Shown here one piece after another: positions 57,411-64,000 of a stretch of 64,000 bases of DNA. Source of the DNA: Macrostomum lignano (lineage: Eukaryota); contig NIVC01002599.1 of assembly GCA_002269645.1 (NCBI GenBank), forward strand, positions 62,001 to 126,000, given 5' to 3'. Each line of letters opens with the position of its first letter. Within the stretch, counting starts at the first letter, position 1. Under the pieces are notes generated by a model. It was given only the letters and a program-made list of their open reading frames with translations, ran no database searches and was not told the origin of the DNA. Both the position numbers and the translations under genes were made by a program.

Positions 57411-60400
57411 ATATTTGCATGCAAAATGGGATACAAAATAGCTGACCGATAATATCGAATACGCAGTGCGTGTAGCTTCACCGATATATAAGTACACTTT
57501 GTCGCCGGATTGACAGTCGCCGCTTTGACAGTCGACGGATCATCCTGTCGCCGGTTTGACCGTTTCTCATTTCTACTCTACATTTTAAATACGAATTTTC
57601 TAAGAACTATTTTCTAAGAACAATTAATTAAGAACGGCTCATGCTTGATGCACCAATGCCGATGCGCCTGCGCTCTGCTTTATCATCAGTGACAGAGTCT
57701 TCAATAATCTAAGTATTCTACCCAGCTAAATCTTGAAATTTATAGGTATCTGAGTGCCAATCATACCTATATTTAGTTTAAACCCAGATATTTAGCGATA
57801 GCGATATTTAATATATTTATATAGCATAGCATAGGCGTAGGCCCCCTAGCAATAACAATATTAGCGATATTTAGTTTAACCCTAGATATAGGCTGGTTTT
57901 TAATTATAAGCTCAATACTTCGTTATTTAATTCCAGTGGCAGTCGCAGATCCAGGATTCCGAGTTAGGGAAAGGGCCTTCTAGCCTTAGTATTTTAAGTA
58001 AGTTAAAAGTTGCCCCTCAAAAAAATTCTAGATCTCTTTTGATCTTCTAGCTTCTGAATCTATAATTCTAGATCTGTTGCATGTAGCTATTCACTTCTAT
58101 GTTGAACATTTCTCTAGAGGCTACTCACCTACATATCTAATTTGGCATGATAGATGAGCATATTGGTGATATTGATCAAGATTAAATAGCCAAGTATTTT
58201 TATATATAGGCCTAAAAATACAAGTTTAAGATATCCTATTTTTTAAAAAACCTAATTGGGATGCTTTCACATAGTTTATTAATTAAAATTGGCTAATCAA
58301 AGACCAAGATTCATATAATAATAAGGCCTATATTTTTTAAAAATGACTAAATATGTATTAATTATAAAAGTAGGCTAACTTTCATTACATTTTAACATTG
58401 CTCTTAGTTACCAAAAGTTCTTGATAATGATAATATATATAATAGGGCTATTTTTCTATCCTTTCAAATGCCACCAAAGTTGTGCTGGGGTTTGCTTCCC
58501 TCTTAGCTATTCTACTAATGCTACTAAAGTTGTGCTAGCAGTGTTCCTATACGATATGAAATCCTACAAGTTAGCCACCAAAGTTGTCATAGGGGTTAGG
58601 GCCTACTTCTGTCCCTAATATAATCTTTACAAACTGCTACCAAGTTGTAATAGGGGTTACTTCTGTCCTCCTATTTTGTTACTAAATTTGTATTAGGGTT
58701 AGGCCTATTTCTTACTATTTGATTTTATTGGTTATTTCCTGTATATTACTTGTATATTTACTGGTAGCATATGTACTTTTAGCCTCAGTGGTCTAATGGC
58801 AATATATTTCTAATTTTATATATCCCCAGTTCTCTCTTCTAGGAGGGTTTCTCTCAGTAGTCTAGGAATTATTGGGATCAGAGGGTCACAGCTTTCTTGC
58901 TGGGTATTTGGCCCTGAGGTGGGTTTTTAGACTGAGTTTTGATTCCTCTACCCTGTGGTAGGATTTTTACCTTTTAAAGGTGAATTCTCAGATTCTGAAT
59001 CTGGATATCTTGTTCTTCTGAGAACGGTTTGAACTCTCCCAATCTTGGGGTTATTCCTAAGTCATTATCTACTACTTATAAATGAGTAACACTAGAACAA
59101 CTCTTGAGATTGACTGATTTCATTTCTATAGTTGAAGGAGTTCAAGCTTAGAGTGAGAAGACGGAACTGGGTAAACTAAAACTTTTATTTTTCTTGGCCC
59201 CTAGTGGGCTCCCTTTGATAGTAAAGTTTTTCAATACAGTTTATAACAAATGATAATATTTAAAACATACAGAATCTATCACTTATAGAAAATATTTATA
59301 ATATTTGTACAGTATAACAATAGTAGTATTTTTTAGTTACACATTTGACATTTCCTAGAAACTAATAGCATAAAAATGAGGCTTATTATATATAATATAT
59401 TTAGAGAAGCCAAAAAAAATAATTTATAGTTATAGTCTATTTTTGGTTCAGCCTAGCTAGCTAGGCCTAGTCTTTATTCCTTTTCCCCATTTGACATTTA
59501 TCTATGATATTTTTAGTCATTCAAAATTCACCTTTTTTGGTTGGACTTAAGGTATATTACCTTTGAAGTTTGACTATATTTGATTTTTTGTTTAAAGCCA
59601 TAGGCTTGTAATAGATTATCTTAGGTATTGGATATATAAAATTAGTTTATTATTATGGTTCTTATCTATTATTTTTTTTCTATAAATAGTTTAAATATGC
59701 CTAAGATATAAAATTGAAATGATCTTTAGAGCCTATCACTTTTATTATAGTTAATGATTGGTATATGTTTATATTTGTTTATATAAAAGGGCCCATGAAT
59801 ATAAATAAATTTGCCTAATATATCCTAACCTAAATGGAATATATAGGCCTACTAATCCAAAAAGGTACTTTGTACTTTGAAATATAGTAGTTGGAACTAA
59901 AAAGTATTGCACTAATGGAACTTTTATTATTTTTTTGTTCCTGGATCTCTTCAAAAAACTTCTAGATAATAGGTAAATTCTATTGTGATTTTTTTACAAG
60001 TCTATAAGCAGATAGTAACTTATACTTCAACTCTCATGAGATAGAATAGGTTAAGCTTATGGGTGGCTTTCTAATTATCAATGATATTTGTCATGAAACA
60101 AGTGCTAATGACTATTAGTGCTAATGAATTGACATATTATTAGTTGCACATTGCCAAAGTGTTTGCAGTCCATCCAAATGGCTAACATTCAAGCAAGTAT
60201 AGCTGAATTGCAGGAGCATTGGCACTTGAAAAAGGAGTTGCTTGTGGAAGCAATTAATTAAAACTTGCTCATTTTGACCCATTATCTCTTCAAAAGTCCA
60301 GATTCCTTGCAACTTACTGATACTGAAGCTCACCTGAAGATCCAGTTTTTTACCGTCAGAGCAGCATCTGCACTCTGCAGCTCTTCGCAGATCTGCTACA

Positions 60401-60965
60401 GGTAGCCTGAGCACTGGGAAATGCACATGCATGTCGACGAATCCCAGTGATTCGCCAAGCTTCAATGCCTACTTGACAACTAGTATGGCCGGGTGGGACG
60501 CAGCTGTACGTCGAGCAAGCCACGTCACCACTTCACATCCTGCATCACCAGTCTGATTCATGCTTGTAGCTGGAACATCCAGTGGGACTGTGAACAATCA
60601 ACTGCTGCAGCGTCTTTACCGGAATGATGACGCTGTTTGATATCACCTAGTTGGGAGCTAGGTGGAGCACCACTCTTATCGCCATTCGGAGGATCTCATG
60701 TACATCGCACCTCTGGTTGCTGTTATCATCTGCCTTGACGTTTCTGCCCCTTTGCGCCACTGACCAAATCCAGGAAATTTCCCCACTTTCAATGCGTTAA
60801 ACCTTAAGTTAGCTCATACATACACAAAGTGTAGGAGTTGTGGGCGTATATTTTTCAAAAGACAAAAAAGTTTTGTTTTGTTCTTTTTGAATTCTAAAAA
60901 TATTAGAAATAAAAATGGAACTAAATATTGTAATCTAGCACAAGTCTCCGATAAAAAAATAATTT

Positions 60966-63964
60966 ATGCTCACAATTGGCTTCTATTGTTTAGCATCTCT
61001 GCCACTGCCTGCACATTACCAGCCGTGTGTCAGGTCTCTACACAGGCAATTATTATCAACCAGTGCCGCTGTCAAAGCTGCAATGCGAGTTCTAAATGTT
61101 GCTGAAAAGAACGATGCAGCCAAAAGCCTGGCCGCTATCATGTCCAACGGTCAGATGCGCCGCCGAGATGGCCAGTCGAGGTATAACAAAATCTACGAAT
61201 TCCAGTGCAACCTGCTTGGCCAGCAGTGCCAGATGACCATGACCTCGGTTAGTGGCCACTTAATGAACTATGACTTCACTCAGCAGCACAGAAAGTGGCT
61301 CAGCTGCCACCCGTCGGCCCTGTTTGATGCCCCCGTTGTTAAACAGATACAGCGGGACTACCAGCCAATCAGGGACACCCTGACCCAGCTGGCCAAGTCC
61401 GCTCAGCGGCTGGTCATCTGGACAGATTGCGATCGAGAGGGCGAAAATATCGGCATGGAGATTGTCAACGTCTGCATGGCCTCGAATCCCAGGTAATGGT
61501 CGTTCAGGCAATTCTTTGGGATTCAGAATGGGGATATGGATTCTCGTGCAGGATTCAGAATGGGGATCAGGATTCTCGTGCAGGATTCAGAATGGGGATA
61601 TGGATTCTCGTGCAGGATTCAGAATGGGGATATGGATTCTCGTGCAGGATTCAGAATGGGGATATGGATTCTCGTGCAGGATTCAGAATGGGGATATGGA
61701 TTCTCGTGCAGGATTCAGAATGGGGATATGGATTCTCGTGCAGGATTCAGAATGGGGATCAGGATTCTCGTGCAGGATTCAGAATGGGGATCAGGATTCT
61801 CGTGCAGGATTCAGAATGGGGATCAGGATTCTCGTGCAGGATTCAGAATGGGGATCAGGATTCTCGTGCAGGATTCAGAATGGGGATCAGGATTCTCGTG
61901 CAGGATTCAGAATGGGGATCAGGATTCTCGTGCAGGATTCAGAATGGGGATATGGATTCTTGTGCAGGATTCAGAATGGGGATATGGATTCTTGTGCAGG
62001 ATTCAGAATGGGGATATGGATTCTTGTGCAGGATTCAGAATGGGGATATGGATTCTTGTGCAGGATTCAGAATGGGGATATGGATTCTTGTGCAGGATTC
62101 AGAATGGGGATATGGATTCTTGTGCAGGATTCAGAATGGGGATATGGATTCTTGTGCAGGATTCAGAATGGGGATATGGATTCTTGTGCAGGATTCAGAA
62201 TGGGGATATGGATTCTTGTGCAGGATTCAGAATGGGGATATGGATTCTTGTGCAGGATTCAGAATGGGGATATGGATTCTTGTGCAGGATTCAGAATGGG
62301 GATATGGATTCTTGTGCAGGATTCAGAATGGGGATATGGATTCTTGTGCAGGATTCAGAATGGGGATATGGATTCTTGTGCAGGATTCAGAATGGGGATA
62401 TGGATTCTTGTGCAGGATTCAGAATGGGGATATGGATTCTTGTGCAGGATTCAGAATGGGGATATGGATTCTTGTGCAGGATTCAGAATGCGGATCTACA
62501 GTCTCCGAGCGCGACCGACCAGCTGCGAAGAAAAATGACGAGCTAAAATTCTCACCCAGATCGATCTATCTACCTAACTTCTTACCTGGATTCTTGTGTG
62601 GGATTCTGAATAGGGATCGGGATTCTCGCGGAGGATCAGAATGGGGATCGGGATTCTCGTGCGGGATTCAGAATGCGGATCGGGATTCTTGTGCAGGATT
62701 CAGAATGCGGATCGGGATTCTTGTGCGGGATTCAGAATAGGGATCTGGATTCTCGTGCGGGATTCAGAATGCGGATCTGGATTCTTGTGTCGGAGTCAGA
62801 ATAGGGATCTGGATTCTCGTGCGGGATTCTGAATAGGGATCGGGATTCTCGCGGAGGATCAGAATGGGGATCGGGATTCTCGTGCGGGATTCAGAATGCG
62901 GATCGGGATTCTTGTGCAGGATTCAGAATGCGGATCGGGATTCTTGTGCGGGATTCAGAATAGGGATCTGGATTCTCGTGCGGGATTCAGAATGCGGATC
63001 GGGATTCTTGTGCAGGATTCAGAATGCGGATCGGGATTCTTGTGCGGGATTCAGAATAGGGATCTGGATTCTCGTGCGGGATTCAGAATGCGGATCTGGA
63101 TTCTTGTGTCGGAGTCAGAATAGGGATCTGGATTCTCGTGCGGGATTCTGAATAGGGATCGGGATTCTCGCGGAGGATCAGAATGGGGATCGGGATTCTC
63201 GTGCGGGATTCAGAATGCGGATCGGGATTCTTGTGCAGGATTCAGAATGCGGATCGGGATTCTTGTGCGGGATTCAGAATAGGGATCTGGATTCTCGTGC
63301 GGGATTCAGAATGCGGATCTGGATTCTTGTGTCGGAGTCAGAATAGGGATCTGGATTCTCGTGCGGGATTCAGAATGCGGATCTGGATTCTCGTGCAGGA
63401 TTCAAAATGGGACCAGGATTCTTGTGCAGGATTCGGAATATCCTAAATAGTTTGTGATGTGGTTATTTGGGGGGATATCTGAGTCTAGATCCTGCATCAG
63501 AATCCTACGGTTCAAACAAATGATTTGAAGATGCATGGTTTAAAATTTTTAAACATTTTGAACAGTATTCCACGCCTGTCTCCCACAGACTTGACGTATA
63601 CCGAGCCAAATTCTCAGAGATCACCCGGCCTGCAGTGCAGCGGGCCCTGGCCTCCCTGACCCGCATGGACGAGCGGGTCAGCGACGCGGTGGACGCCAGA
63701 CAGGAGCTGGACCTGCGCATCGGGGCCGCATTCACCCGGTTCCAGACGCTCCGGCTCAGGCAGGTGTTCCCGGCCGTTCTGGCCGACCAGCTGGTCTCCT
63801 ACGGCAGCTGCCAGTTCCCCACTCTCGGCTTTGTTGTTGAACGATTTAAAGAGGCCGAACGGTTTCAACCGGAGCCGTTCTGGCGGCTGCGCGTGCTGGC
63901 CGAGTCGCCGGACACCGGACAGAGCGCCGAGTTTCTGTGGAAGCGCGGCCGAGTCTACGATCAG
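60966..63964 (+). CDS. TOP3A: DNA topoisomerase III alpha, 5' part (runs off the window); exons 60966 or 61083 to 61492, and 63589-63964
   Basis: MRVLNVAEKNDAAK, MTSVSGHL, LVIWTDCDREGENIG (TOPRIM), RAKFSEIT, RQELDLRIGAAFTRFQT and SYGSCQFPTLGFVVER are TOP3A signatures. Phase-2 GT-AG intron. Confidence 0.95.
61515..63435. repeat. 32-bp minisatellite (GGATTCAGAATGGGGATATGGATTCTCGTGCA), TOP3A intron, in two sub-arrays
   Basis: Period 32. A homogeneous block (61515-62490), a short unique spacer, then a diverged block (62580-63435) with higher-order repeats. Confidence 0.95.
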
Positions 63965-64000
63965 GTTTGTAGGGCCCCGACTTGCTGTTTGGTAGGACTT

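Noticed and set aside
61427-63446. Long GFRMGIWIL repeat ORFs
   Set aside because: They come from the 32-bp array inside the TOP3A intron.

Overview
Eukaryotic (metazoan) genomic DNA, not prokaryotic. It has GC-rich, intron-poor genes in AT-rich spacers, with many minisatellite arrays. This style suggests a free-living flatworm such as Macrostomum (inference only). Twelve protein-coding genes can be reconstructed with GT-AG introns. A + strand cluster holds ZnT7/SLC30A7, POP5, ATXN10 and CSTF1. A converging - strand cluster holds a FRMD6/expanded-like FERM gene, an SLC43-like MFS transporter, CHP and cytochrome b5. Further on lie CEP164, a PLAC8-family gene, a divergent TRPV-like channel and the 5' part of TOP3A. 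Mobile DNA comprises two related hAT-type MITEs, a tRNA-derived CORE-like SINE, a deleted mariner, a decayed PIF/Harbinger, two RTE-like LINEs (one with a 5' inversion) and a Crypton-like remnant. Three observations stand out. (1) POP5 and the SLC43-like gene lack a genomic in-frame ATG and begin exactly at a splice acceptor, as expected if a flatworm spliced leader ending in AUG supplies the start codon. (2) All 10 introns >450 nt hold their own private minisatellite, while all 6 introns <250 nt have none. (3) The tight same-strand clusters look like trans-spliced operons. Most long ORFs in the supplied track are artefacts of tandem repeats.
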